A DNA stretch of 64,000 nt from Burkholderiales bacterium (GTDB lineage Bacteria > Patescibacteriota > Minisyncoccia > Phycocordibacterales > UBA9973): assembly GCA_023701005.1 (NCBI GenBank), contig JAMPXW010000001.1, positions 143,843-207,842 on the forward strand, given 5' to 3'. A program made the position numbers and the translations under genes. The notes beneath the pieces are model-generated. The model was not told where the DNA came from. It made no database searches and saw only the letters and a program-made list of their open reading frames with translations. Position 1 is the stretch's first letter. Each line of letters opens with the position of its first letter. Positions 27,187-35,949 of this stretch are shown one piece after another.

Positions 27187-28896
27187 ATGGAATACAAAAG
27201 TGAAATAAAAAATTGCCAGAATTGTAAGAAAGACTTTACCATAGAGCCGGAAGATTTTAAGTTTTATGAAAAGATGAAAGTACCTCCTCCTACTTGGTGC
27301 CCGGAATGTAGAATGATTCGACGTTTTTCTTTTCAAAATAGTTGGAATTTATATTGGCGTAATTGTGATTTGTGCACGGAGAGAACCCTCTCAATGTATC
27401 CTCAAGAAGATAAAATAAAAGTTTATTGTGCTAAGTGTTATTGGAGTGATAAATGGGATGATTTAGCATATAGTATGAATTATGATTCTACTCGTTCATT
27501 TTTAGAACAAATAAAAGAATTAGGTCAAAAAACTCCATATCCAGCCTTGGAAAGTTTGTATACGAGTTTAATTAACTCGAATTATTCAAATGCTTTAGCT
27601 TGGAGTAAAAATTGTTATCAAGTCTATTGGACAGATTTTTGTGAAAACGTTTATTATTCTTCTGTCTTGAATGGGTTGAAGTATAGTATAGATTGTTTGA
27701 GAGGTTTTGAATCTGAACTTTGTTATGAATCGATAGGATTTAGTAGATGTTACAATTTATTCTTTTCAGAAGAATGTGATGATTGTTTGAATGTCTATTT
27801 TTCACGTAATTGTTATGGATGTACAAACTGTATAGGGTGTGTAAATTTGAGAGGAGGATCAAATTGTATTTTTAACGTAAAATATTCAAAAGAAGAGTAT
27901 GAATTAAAATTGAAAGAATTAAATTTAGATTCTTGGAAAAATATTAAGGAATTTAAAAAAGAAGCTTACAGATTTTGGCTTTCTAAGCCATATAGAGAAT
28001 ACAATGGTCATTCTTTAAATTTAAATGTGACAGGCGATCACGTATATACATCTAAAAATTCTAAAGATTGTTATATAGTGAATGGTGCAGAAAATTGTAA
28101 ATATTGCCAAATAATAACTGTTGCCCCGGCTAAAGATTGTATGGATTATTCTGGCTGGGGGAATAATGCCGAATTGATATATGAAGCTAACCAAATAGGA
28201 GAAAATGCTAGCAATGTGAAGTTTTCGATGATATCTTCTTCTGAATTATTTAACAGTGAATATTGTATATGGAATTCTGTTTGTAAAAATAATTTTGGAT
28301 GTGTGAATCTTAAGCGAAAACAGTATTGTATTTTAAATAAACAATACACAAAAGAAGAATATGAAAAATTGAAAGAAAAAATAATAGAAGATATGAAGAA
28401 AAATCCATATATAGATAAGTTGGGACGTAAATATTATTATGGAGAATTTTTTCCAATAGAATTTAGTAAGTTTCCTTATAATAAATCTAACGCTATGCGA
28501 TTTTTCCCAAAGACAAAAGAAGAAGCTTTAAGGGAGGGTTATTCCTGGAGTGATAAAGAGGATACTTTTCATGAATCTTCTTTTGGGGCAGATTTTTTGC
28601 CAGAGAAAATAATAGATACAGATGAAAGTATTTTAGGTAAAATAATAGAATGTGAAAAGTGTAAAAATGGTTTTAAAATAGTAAAAGGAGAATTGGATTT
28701 ATTACATAAAATTAATTTGCCTGTGCCTCATTTATGTCCTAAATGTAGAGAAAATGAAAGATTTGAGAGGATGACTAAGCCCAAAATGTATAATAGAAAA
28801 TGTATGAAATGTAATATTGATATTTATACTCCTTACTCTCCAGATAGACCTGAGATAGTGTATTGTGTGAAGTGTTATCAGCAGGAATTTGTTTAA
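27187..28896 (+). CDS. Cysteine-rich multi-zinc-ribbon protein, paralog 2 (569 aa)
   Basis: Same architecture as paralog 1. First ~70 nt and last ~60 nt are near-identical to paralog 1 at DNA level (e.g. aaaattgccagaattgtaagaaagact...gaagattttaagttttatgaaaa; ccagatagacc.gagatagtgtattgtg), with a diverged middle. Confidence 0.7.
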   Translation: MEYKSEIKNCQNCKKDFTIEPEDFKFYEKMKVPPPTWCPECRMIRRFSFQNSWNLYWRNCDLCTERTLSMYPQEDKIKVYCAKCYWSDKWDDLAYSMNYDSTRSFLEQIKELGQKTPYPALESLYTSLINSNYSNALAWSKNCYQVYWTDFCENVYYSSVLNGLKYSIDCLRGFESELCYESIGFSRCYNLFFSEECDDCLNVYFSRNCYGCTNCIGCVNLRGGSNCIFNVKYSKEEYELKLKELNLDSWKNIKEFKKEAYRFWLSKPYREYNGHSLNLNVTGDHVYTSKNSKDCYIVNGAENCKYCQIITVAPAKDCMDYSGWGNNAELIYEANQIGENASNVKFSMISSSELFNSEYCIWNSVCKNNFGCVNLKRKQYCILNKQYTKEEYEKLKEKIIEDMKKNPYIDKLGRKYYYGEFFPIEFSKFPYNKSNAMRFFPKTKEEALREGYSWSDKEDTFHESSFGADFLPEKIIDTDESILGKIIECEKCKNGFKIVKGELDLLHKINLPVPHLCPKCRENERFERMTKPKMYNRKCMKCNIDIYTPYSPDRPEIVYCVKCYQQEFV

Positions 28897-28898
28897 AA

Positions 28899-28934
28899 CC
28901 CCGAACGAAAGCAAGCTTCATACGGGGCAGGTTG
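28899..28934. repeat. Short hairpin element family B, copy 2 (ccccgaaCGaaagcaagcttCAtacggggcaggtt), intergenic before rplS
   Basis: 31/35 identity to 571-605 in uvrC; ccccg/cgggg stem. Confidence 0.55.
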
Positions 28935-28958
28935 CAAAAATGAGATACTTGTGTTAAA

Positions 28959-29372
28959 TTGGGGTCTATGACAAAGATAGATAAAACAAAACTTAGTCCG
29001 GTTAATATCGAGGACAGGAAAAAGCTTGATTTTAATTCAGGAGACACAGTGCGTGTCTGGTCTAAGGTTTTAGATGAAAAGGGAAAGACTCGTCTTCAGG
29101 CTTTTGAAGGAATAGTGCTTGCTCGTAAACATGGTACAGAAATAGGTGCTACTTTTACAGTTCGCAGAGTAGCTTCAGGTGTCGGCGTAGAAAGAATTTT
29201 CCCATTATACTCTCCAGTAATTGATAAAATAGAAATAACAAAGAAATCTCGCGCAAGAAAATCAAAGCTTTATTACGTACGTACAAAAGCTGTTAGGGAT
29301 GTAAGAAGAAAATTACGTTCAATCACTTCTATGGTAGACGAAGAAGTTGAAGAAACTAAAAAAGAAGAATAA
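28959..29372 (+). CDS. rplS: 50S ribosomal protein L19
   Basis: ...GDTVRVW.KV.......RLQAFEGIV.ARK..G...TFTVRRV..GVGVERIFPL.SP.I..IE. Alternative start MTKID at 28968. Confidence 0.85.
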   Translation: MGSMTKIDKTKLSPVNIEDRKKLDFNSGDTVRVWSKVLDEKGKTRLQAFEGIVLARKHGTEIGATFTVRRVASGVGVERIFPLYSPVIDKIEITKKSRARKSKLYYVRTKAVRDVRRKLRSITSMVDEEVEETKKEE

Positions 29373-29377
29373 AACAT

Positions 29378-29408
29378 AAAAACCTCCTAAATGGAGGTTT
29401 TTATTTTG
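29378..29408 (+). terminator. Rho-independent terminator after rplS (aaacctcc-taaat-ggaggttt + ttatttt)
   Basis: 8-bp stem, 5-nt loop, T-run. Confidence 0.7.
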
Positions 29409-29455
29409 AATATTAATTAGTAGACGATATTACCTTGAGGTGATATAATGTCTGT

Positions 29456-30133
29456 ATGGGGAACAGGGGTCCACAACCAAAAAAAATTATAGATGAAACA
29501 TGGAATGCTAATTTAGCATATGCAATTGGCTTAATTGCTACAGATGGATGTTTGTCAAAAGATGGACTGCTTGTTGACTTAACTTCGAAAGACAGAGAGC
29601 AATTATTAAATTTTTCTAAATGTGTGGGGGTGAATTTCAAAATAGGAAATAAATGGAATATAAGAGGGGATGAATGTTTAAGAATCCAGTTTAAGAATAG
29701 AATATTTTATGATTTTCTTTTATCTATTGGATTAACTCCAAAAAAGTCATTAACTATGGGAAAGTTAAAAATACCAGACAAATATTTTTTTGATTTTTTA
29801 CGAGGATGTTTTGATGGGGATGGGTGTTTCTACTCCTATTGGGATTCAAGATGGCGTTCAAGTCATATGTTTTATTTAACCTTTAATTCAGCAAGCTATA
29901 TTCATGTTCTGTGGCTTCAAGAAAGAATATTTAAATTTTTGTTAATTAAGGGGCATATTTCTAAATCACAACGAAAGGGTTCAATCTATAGTTTAAGATA
30001 TGCGAAGAGGGAAGCGATGGAAATAATTAATAAAATGTATTACAATCCTAATGTTGTTTGTTTATCTCGAAAAAAAGAGAAAATAGACAAGGCTCTTTTA
30101 GTAGAGAAAAAACAACAAAAAACTTATATTTAA
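29456..30133 (+). CDS. Free-standing double-motif LAGLIDADG homing endonuclease
   Basis: Motif 1 LAYAIGLIATDGCL and motif 2 FLRGCFDGDGCF ~100 aa apart. 225 aa. The stop lies 2 nt before tRNA-Leu. Confidence 0.75.
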   Translation: MGNRGPQPKKIIDETWNANLAYAIGLIATDGCLSKDGLLVDLTSKDREQLLNFSKCVGVNFKIGNKWNIRGDECLRIQFKNRIFYDFLLSIGLTPKKSLTMGKLKIPDKYFFDFLRGCFDGDGCFYSYWDSRWRSSHMFYLTFNSASYIHVLWLQERIFKFLLIKGHISKSQRKGSIYSLRYAKREAMEIINKMYYNPNVVCLSRKKEKIDKALLVEKKQQKTYI

Positions 30134-30135
30134 AT

Positions 30136-30219
30136 GCTCGGGTGATGTAATTGGTAACCATGTACGATTGAGGTTCGTATGGCGCAAGCCGTGGGAGTTC
30201 AAGTCTCCCCCCGAGCACC
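30136..30219 (+). tRNA. tRNA-Leu (anticodon GAG), long variable arm
   Basis: Acceptor GCTCGGG/CCCGAGC; anticodon loop TTGAGGT; extra arm TGGCGCAAGCCGTG; T-arm GGGAGTTCAAGTCTCCC; discriminator A. Confidence 0.8.
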
Positions 30220-30233
30220 TTTAGTAAAATTTT

Positions 30234-31043
30234 ATGAAAGTAATAAAAATTGGAAAAGAAAATGCACAATTTCAAATATTGAATGCATTGAAGACAAACA
30301 GAGAAAAGAGAAATCATGAAGGTTTTATCTTTGAAGGTGTTCGCAATATAAATAATGCCATTAAATATAATTGGAAAATTAAATCATTTTTTTACTCATC
30401 GGAGAAAGGTTTATCTGATTGGGCAAAAAATATTTTAAAAAATTCAAAAACAGAGATGCATTACGACCTTTCTCTTGAACTTTTGAAAAAATTGAGCAAC
30501 AAAAAAGAACCTTCCGAATTGCTTGCATTGTCAGAAATACCCAAGAATGACTTAAATAAAATAAAAGTGAAAGATATTCCGCTGATAGTTGTTTTTGATA
30601 GGCCTTCAAGTCCGGGCAACCTTGGTACGATTATTCGTTCTTGTGATGCCCTTGGGGTTGATGGATTAATTATTACGGGGCATGCGGTAGATCTTTATGA
30701 TCCAGAAACAATAAGTGCGACGACAGGTTCTTTGTTTTCACTACCTATTGTACGGCTTCCTTCGCAAAAAGAACTCGAGTCTTGGATAAAAGAAATAAAA
30801 GAAAAATATCCGGAATTAAAAATTGTTGGCACTGATGAAAATGGAGCTCATTCGATTTATGAATATGATTTTAAGAAACCTACTATTCTTTTAGCGGGAA
30901 ATGAAAAATGGGGATTAAGTATCGGATATAAAGATTTGGCAGATGATATGGTTAAAATTCCAATGCAAGGTTCAGCTAGTTCGCTTAATGTTGCTGTTGC
31001 TACTTCTATTGTTGTTTCTGAGATTAACAGGCAAAGAGTTTAA
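30234..31043 (+). CDS. SpoU/TrmH-family RNA 2'-O-methyltransferase (RlmB/TrmH-like, with N-terminal substrate-binding domain)
   Basis: IVVFDRPSSPGNLGTIIRSCDALGVDGLIITG; IPMQGSASSLNVAVATSIVVSEI (SPOUT knot motifs). Confidence 0.7.
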   Translation: MKVIKIGKENAQFQILNALKTNREKRNHEGFIFEGVRNINNAIKYNWKIKSFFYSSEKGLSDWAKNILKNSKTEMHYDLSLELLKKLSNKKEPSELLALSEIPKNDLNKIKVKDIPLIVVFDRPSSPGNLGTIIRSCDALGVDGLIITGHAVDLYDPETISATTGSLFSLPIVRLPSQKELESWIKEIKEKYPELKIVGTDENGAHSIYEYDFKKPTILLAGNEKWGLSIGYKDLADDMVKIPMQGSASSLNVAVATSIVVSEINRQRV

Positions 31044-31062
31044 AAAATGTTAGAATTAATTT

Positions 31063-31737
31063 ATGGATTTAAAAGATAAAATAGTAGTTATAACTGGAGG
31101 AACGAAAGGCTTGGGAAAAGCCTTAGCTTTTTCTTTTGTAAAAAATTATTCTAAGGTTGTAGTGTGTTCTCGTGAAGATAATAGGCCAGAATCTTTAGAA
31201 GAAAATATTTTGTGGATCAAAGCGGATGTTACAAAGGAAGATGAGATGAAAGAATTAGCAGATAAGGTTGTTGAAAAATTTGAGAAAATAGATATTTGGA
31301 TAAATAATGCTGGTCTTTGGTTGCCGCGTGATTTTATTGAAAATCTTGATATGGGAAAAGTTAGAGAGATGTTTGATGTAAATGTTTTTGGTTTGATGAA
31401 CGGAACCAAAATAGCAATAATGCACATGAAGCAAATTGGTAATGGAATGATTATTAATTTAATTTCTGATGCAGCTTTAATGAAGAAGCCACATATTTCT
31501 TCTTCTGCATACTTGTCTAGTAAATATGCAGTAAATGGGTTTACTAGTGCGATTCGAGCAGAAAATGAAAATATAAAAGTATTTTCCATATTTCCTGGAG
31601 CAATAAAAACAGAAATTTTTGGTGAAACAAAGTTTGAAAATTATGATGAATTTATGGAACCTTCTTTTGTTGCAGAAAAAATTGTAGATAATCTTAAAAA
31701 AGAAATACCTGAAGAAGAATTAATTATAAGACGTTAA
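31063..31737 (+). CDS. SDR-family short-chain dehydrogenase/reductase
   Basis: TGGTKGLGKAL (Rossmann), NNAG, catalytic S...YLSSK. Confidence 0.7.
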   Translation: MDLKDKIVVITGGTKGLGKALAFSFVKNYSKVVVCSREDNRPESLEENILWIKADVTKEDEMKELADKVVEKFEKIDIWINNAGLWLPRDFIENLDMGKVREMFDVNVFGLMNGTKIAIMHMKQIGNGMIINLISDAALMKKPHISSSAYLSSKYAVNGFTSAIRAENENIKVFSIFPGAIKTEIFGETKFENYDEFMEPSFVAEKIVDNLKKEIPEEELIIRR

Positions 31738-31749
31738 TTTTTTTAAAAT

Positions 31750-32310
31750 ATGCTTTATACAAGAAAAGGAGACAATGGAACAACAAAAACATTTGGTTGT
31801 GATCAACGTATTTCCAAGAGTTCAGCTATAGCTGAAGCACTTGGTTCTTTAGATGAAACCAATTCTTTTTTGGGCTTATGTAAAGTTAAGGCGTCCCAAA
31901 AAGGACAGACCTTAATTCTTCAAGAAGGTCTGTCCTTGGCTAGTATTATTCATGATATACAAAAGAATTTATTTATTATTCAGGCAGAATTAGCTGGAGC
32001 TTCCATGTCTATTGATCAAGAAAAATTGGATGAATTAGAAAAAATAGTAGATACAATAGAAAAACAATTACCGCCGATTAAAACTTTTTTCATCTCTGGG
32101 GGCACAGAACTCGCTGCTACTTTCGATTTTGCACGCACCATTTCTCGTAGAGCAGAGAGGAGAGTGATAGCTGTAGCAGATGAAGGAAAAGTAGAAATCA
32201 AACCATCCACGAAAGCATATTTGAATCGTTTATCTAGTGTGCTTTATGCTTTCGCTAGATTGGCAAATCATGAAGCTAAAATAACAGAAGAAAGCCCTGA
32301 TTATAAATAA
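31750..32310 (+). CDS. PduO-type ATP:cob(I)alamin adenosyltransferase (MMAB family)
   Basis: MLYTRKGDNGTTKTFGCDQRISKSSAIAEALGSLDETNSFLGL... Confidence 0.65.
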   Translation: MLYTRKGDNGTTKTFGCDQRISKSSAIAEALGSLDETNSFLGLCKVKASQKGQTLILQEGLSLASIIHDIQKNLFIIQAELAGASMSIDQEKLDELEKIVDTIEKQLPPIKTFFISGGTELAATFDFARTISRRAERRVIAVADEGKVEIKPSTKAYLNRLSSVLYAFARLANHEAKITEESPDYK

Positions 32311-32369
32311 AACTAGATTTATAATTATTTTTCTGGTATAAATTAAATTATCCTTAAAAGGATATGTAT

Positions 32370-32442
32370 GGTGCCTATGGTGTAATGGTTAGCACTAGGG
32401 TTTGTGGAACCCTCAGTTCGAGTTCGAATCTCGATAGGCACC
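32370..32442 (+). tRNA. tRNA-His (anticodon GTG) with encoded G-1
   Basis: G-1 + GTGCCTA acceptor; anticodon loop TTGTGGA; T-arm TCGAGTTCGAATCTCGA; discriminator C. The 6-frame ORF at 32364 starts inside this tRNA and is rejected. Confidence 0.8.
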
Positions 32443-32447
32443 CAACT

Positions 32448-32885
32448 ATGTTGTCTAAAGACATAAAAGATACAGAGAAAATAGCTAAAATTTTTCTTGA
32501 TAAAATTTCAAAAAACAAAAAGAAGCATAAAGGTGCTTTGGTTGTTGGCCTATCTGGGGATTTAGGTGCAGGGAAGACTGCTTTTGTAAAATTTATTGCT
32601 AAACATTTAGGAATAAAAAATAAAGTTTTTAGTCCTACTTATGTGATTTTTAAGAAATATAAAGTTAAATTAAATGAGTATAAACATTTTTTCCACATGG
32701 ATGCATATAGAATCGAAGATGAAAAAGAACTTTTAAATTTAAATTGGGAAGAAATCATAAATAATGATGAAAATATTATTTTTATTGAATGGCCAGAAAA
32801 TATTTCAAAATCGATGCCGAAACATTCTAAATATGTTTATATTTTGAGTAATGATAATGGACATAGAAATTTTAAGTTTAAATAA
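32448..32885 (+). CDS. tsaE: tRNA threonylcarbamoyladenosine biosynthesis protein TsaE (YjeE)
   Basis: P-loop LSGDLGAGKT, ...HMDAYR... 146 aa, starting right after tRNA-His. Confidence 0.7.
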   Translation: MLSKDIKDTEKIAKIFLDKISKNKKKHKGALVVGLSGDLGAGKTAFVKFIAKHLGIKNKVFSPTYVIFKKYKVKLNEYKHFFHMDAYRIEDEKELLNLNWEEIINNDENIIFIEWPENISKSMPKHSKYVYILSNDNGHRNFKFK

Positions 32886-33477
32886 AATGCAAAATAATAT
32901 TTGGGAAAATGAAAATTTAATAAAAGTACTTAAGAATAAAGGAGTGGCTGTGATGCCTACAGACACCATCTATGGGATAGTTGGGGAGGCCTTGGATAAA
33001 GATGTTGTAGAAAGAATCTATAATATAAAAGGACGAAATCCAGACAAACCCTGTATAATTTTAATTGGTGACATAAAAGATCTTGAAAGATTTTCTATTT
33101 ATTTAACAGAAGAAAAAAAGAAAGATTTAGAAAAATATTGGTCCTTAGACAATACTCAGGATTTTCAATCGAAAGCAGTGAGTATTGTTTTAGATTGTGA
33201 AAATGATTCTTTGGAGTATTTGCATCGAGGCACTAATACCTTAGCTTTTCGTTTACCTTTTTCAAATGATCTTAGAAATTTGCTTATAGAGACAGGTCCA
33301 CTTATTGTTCCATCTGCAAATACGGAGGCGACGCCTCCGTCTGTGAACATAGAAGAGGCTAAGAGATATTTTGAAGATCTGGTGGATTTATATATAGATG
33401 GAGGTGAATTAAAAGGAAAAGCTTCTAAACTCATTAAATTAAATATGGATGGATCTGTTGTTGTGCTTCGAGAATAA
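32851..33477 (+). CDS. tsaC: L-threonylcarbamoyladenylate synthase TsaC/YrdC-type
   Basis: YrdC fold signature AVMPTDTIYGIVGEAL; ...RIYNIKGR...KP. Start may be MQNNIW at 32887. Confidence 0.7.
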   Translation: MIMDIEILSLNKMQNNIWENENLIKVLKNKGVAVMPTDTIYGIVGEALDKDVVERIYNIKGRNPDKPCIILIGDIKDLERFSIYLTEEKKKDLEKYWSLDNTQDFQSKAVSIVLDCENDSLEYLHRGTNTLAFRLPFSNDLRNLLIETGPLIVPSANTEATPPSVNIEEAKRYFEDLVDLYIDGGELKGKASKLIKLNMDGSVVVLRE

Positions 33478-33491
33478 AAATATGTCATAAT

Positions 33492-34874
33492 ATGAAGGAT
33501 ATTATGAAAAAAAGTATTTTAGAAAAGATTTTTAGTGCACCAGCAGAGATACTAGAAAAGACCGTAGAATTAGAAAAAGAGATAGAGAAAGATATAGAAG
33601 AGAAAGAGCCGGTTAAAGAAGTTAAAGAATATTGGAGAACTTTAGGGCCTGGGCTTACGACGGGTGCTGCTGACGACGATCCTTCTGGTATCGCTACTTA
33701 TTCTCAAATGGGTGCTTCTCGTGGTTTTGGACTTATTTGGCTTTCTCTTTTTTCTTTTCCTCTCATGGTGACGGTACAGGAAATGTGTGCCCGAATAGGC
33801 CTCACCACGGGAGTAGGTTTGGCTACAAACATAAAGAGACATTTTTCGAAAAAGATTTTATATTTTTCTACTATACTTTTACTTTTTGCGAATGTGTTTA
33901 ACATAGGAGCAGATTTGGGTGCTATGGCAAAAGGAGTTCAACTTATTTTTCCTCAAATAAGTTTTGCATTATTGGTTTTGGGTTTTGCTATCTTCTCTCT
34001 CTTATTGCAGGTTTTTGTGCCTTATAAAAAATATTCGAAATATTTAAAATATTTGGCATTAGTATTGTTTGCTTATGTCTTTTCTGCTTTTGCTGTATCG
34101 ATAGATTGGAGTGATGTTTTTAAACATTTAATTATTCCAAATATTTCTTTTACAAAGGATGAGATTATTTTGATATGTGCTGCATTGGGTACTACCATTT
34201 CACCGTATTTATTCTTTTGGCAAACTTCACAAGAAGTAGAAGAACAGATATTGAAAGGAGAAAAGACTGAAGAAATGAGAAAAACCTTAAATACAAAAGA
34301 GGATATGCACAAAATGAGAATTGATGTTTGGTCTGGGATGTTCTTTTCTAATCTTATTATGTTTTTCATTATTGCGACGTGTGCTGCTACTTTGTTTGGA
34401 AGTGGGGTAGTAAACATAGAGACAGCCGCCGACGCAGCTCTCGCCCTTAGACCTTTTGCTGGTGATTTCGCTTTCTTTTTATTTGCTATTGGCATCATAG
34501 GGGTTGGGCTTTTGGCAATACCGATACTTGCAGGTTCTGCTTCATATGCTTTGTCTGAAGCATTCAATTGGAAAACAGGACTCTATAGAAAACTTAAACA
34601 AGCGACCTCTTTTTATGGAGTTATCATTGTGGCTATGACTTTAGGAATAATATTAAATTTTGTTGGCCTTGATCCTATAAAAACCCTTATTTATTCGGCT
34701 GTATTTAATGGTATTATTTCTCCGATAGTTTTATTTTTCATTGTAAAAATAAGTTCTAGTGAAGAGATAATGGGGGATTTTAAAAATAAAAAAATAACAA
34801 ATTATATTGGCTGGTTTACTGTTTTAATTTTATCTTTAGTTAGCGTATCCACTATTATTTTTATTTTACTTTAA
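33492..34874 (+). CDS. mntH: NRAMP-family divalent metal (Mn2+/Fe2+) transporter MntH-like
   Basis: LGPGLTTGAADDDPSGIATYSQMGASRGFGLIWLSLFSFPLMVTVQEMCARIGLTTG (NRAMP consensus); 11-12 TM. Confidence 0.75.
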   Translation: MKDIMKKSILEKIFSAPAEILEKTVELEKEIEKDIEEKEPVKEVKEYWRTLGPGLTTGAADDDPSGIATYSQMGASRGFGLIWLSLFSFPLMVTVQEMCARIGLTTGVGLATNIKRHFSKKILYFSTILLLFANVFNIGADLGAMAKGVQLIFPQISFALLVLGFAIFSLLLQVFVPYKKYSKYLKYLALVLFAYVFSAFAVSIDWSDVFKHLIIPNISFTKDEIILICAALGTTISPYLFFWQTSQEVEEQILKGEKTEEMRKTLNTKEDMHKMRIDVWSGMFFSNLIMFFIIATCAATLFGSGVVNIETAADAALALRPFAGDFAFFLFAIGIIGVGLLAIPILAGSASYALSEAFNWKTGLYRKLKQATSFYGVIIVAMTLGIILNFVGLDPIKTLIYSAVFNGIISPIVLFFIVKISSSEEIMGDFKNKKITNYIGWFTVLILSLVSVSTIIFILL

Positions 34875-34880
34875 AACTTT

Positions 34881-35924
34881 ATGGAAATTTTAAAAAATTA
34901 TGATTTAACTAAATTAAATACTTTTGGAGTGAAGGCTTTTGCGAAATTCTTTTTTGAATTGAAAGAAGAAAAAGATTTGGGAGGACTTTTCTTATCTTCG
35001 GAATTTAAAAATAATGAGAAATTATTTTTAGGTAGCGGAAGCAATATTTTATTTACAAAAGATTTTGATGGTATTGTAATTTTGAATAGTCTAAAAGGCA
35101 TTTCTATTTTAAAAGAAGATGAAGATTTTGTATATATTAGAGCATTAGGTGGAGAAAAATGGCATGATTTGGTTTTGTTTTCTGTCGATAATGGATATTG
35201 GGGGATGGAAAATCTTTCTTTGATTCCAGGAACAGTTGGAGCTACTCCTGTACAAAACATAGGAGCTTATGGGGTAGAAATAAAAGATGTTTTAGAAAAT
35301 ATTGAAGCATATAGTATAGAAGATGGACAAAAAAAAGTTTTTTCTAATAAAGAATGTGAATTTGGCTATAGAGAAAGTGCCTTTAAAAATAAATTGAAAG
35401 GGAAATATTTTATTTCGGCTGTCGTTTTTAAATTACATAAAAAAGAAAAAAAGAATTCAGATTATAAAGCTTTGCAAGATTATTTGAAAGAAAATAATTT
35501 AGAAATTAAAACATCGAAAGATGTAAGTGATGCAATAATCGAAATTCGTAGGAGTAAATTGCCAAATCCTTTTGTTTTAGGAAATGCTGGAAGTTTTTTT
35601 AAAAATGTTTATGTTAATGAAGAAAAATTGAAAGAACTCTTAAATATTTTTCCAGAGATGCCTTACTTTACGGAACCTTCCTTCACTAAAGTTTCGGAGG
35701 GCAAGGGGGGAATGATAAAAATTCCAGCGGGCTTCCTCATAGAAATGTGTGGCTGGAAAGGTAAAAAGGTGGGTAATGTCGGCGTACATGACAAACAAGC
35801 TCTCGTGATTGTGAATTATGGTGGGGCAACAGGAGAAGAAATTAAGAAATTATCAGAGGACATAATCTCTTCTGTTTATTCAAAATTTGGACTGAAATTA
35901 GAAAGAGAAGTCAATTTGATCTGA
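34881..35924 (+). CDS. murB: UDP-N-acetylenolpyruvoylglucosamine reductase
   Basis: FAD-binding LGSGSNILF...; C-terminal MurB domain; ~347 aa. Confidence 0.7.
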   Translation: MEILKNYDLTKLNTFGVKAFAKFFFELKEEKDLGGLFLSSEFKNNEKLFLGSGSNILFTKDFDGIVILNSLKGISILKEDEDFVYIRALGGEKWHDLVLFSVDNGYWGMENLSLIPGTVGATPVQNIGAYGVEIKDVLENIEAYSIEDGQKKVFSNKECEFGYRESAFKNKLKGKYFISAVVFKLHKKEKKNSDYKALQDYLKENNLEIKTSKDVSDAIIEIRRSKLPNPFVLGNAGSFFKNVYVNEEKLKELLNIFPEMPYFTEPSFTKVSEGKGGMIKIPAGFLIEMCGWKGKKVGNVGVHDKQALVIVNYGGATGEEIKKLSEDIISSVYSKFGLKLEREVNLI

Positions 35925-35949
35925 AATACTTCTCATGTATAATTAATTC

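Noticed and set aside
29413-29640. Minus-strand 75-aa ORF overlapping the LAGLIDADG gene start
   Set aside because: Overlaps a CDS with clear dual LAGLIDADG motifs. No support.
32364-32447. N-terminal extension of the tsaE ORF (MYGAYGVMVSTRV...)
   Set aside because: It is the sequence of tRNA-His translated. The real start is the ATG at 32448, right after the tRNA.
33478-33491. Manganese (yybP-ykoY) riboswitch upstream of the NRAMP mntH-like gene
   Set aside because: Only ~14 nt separate tsaC and the transporter start, which is no room for an aptamer.
33642-34567. Minus-strand ORFs (33642-33842, 33704-33904, 34073-34567) inside the NRAMP transporter gene
   Set aside because: Overlap a well-supported 12-TM NRAMP CDS; translations are low complexity.
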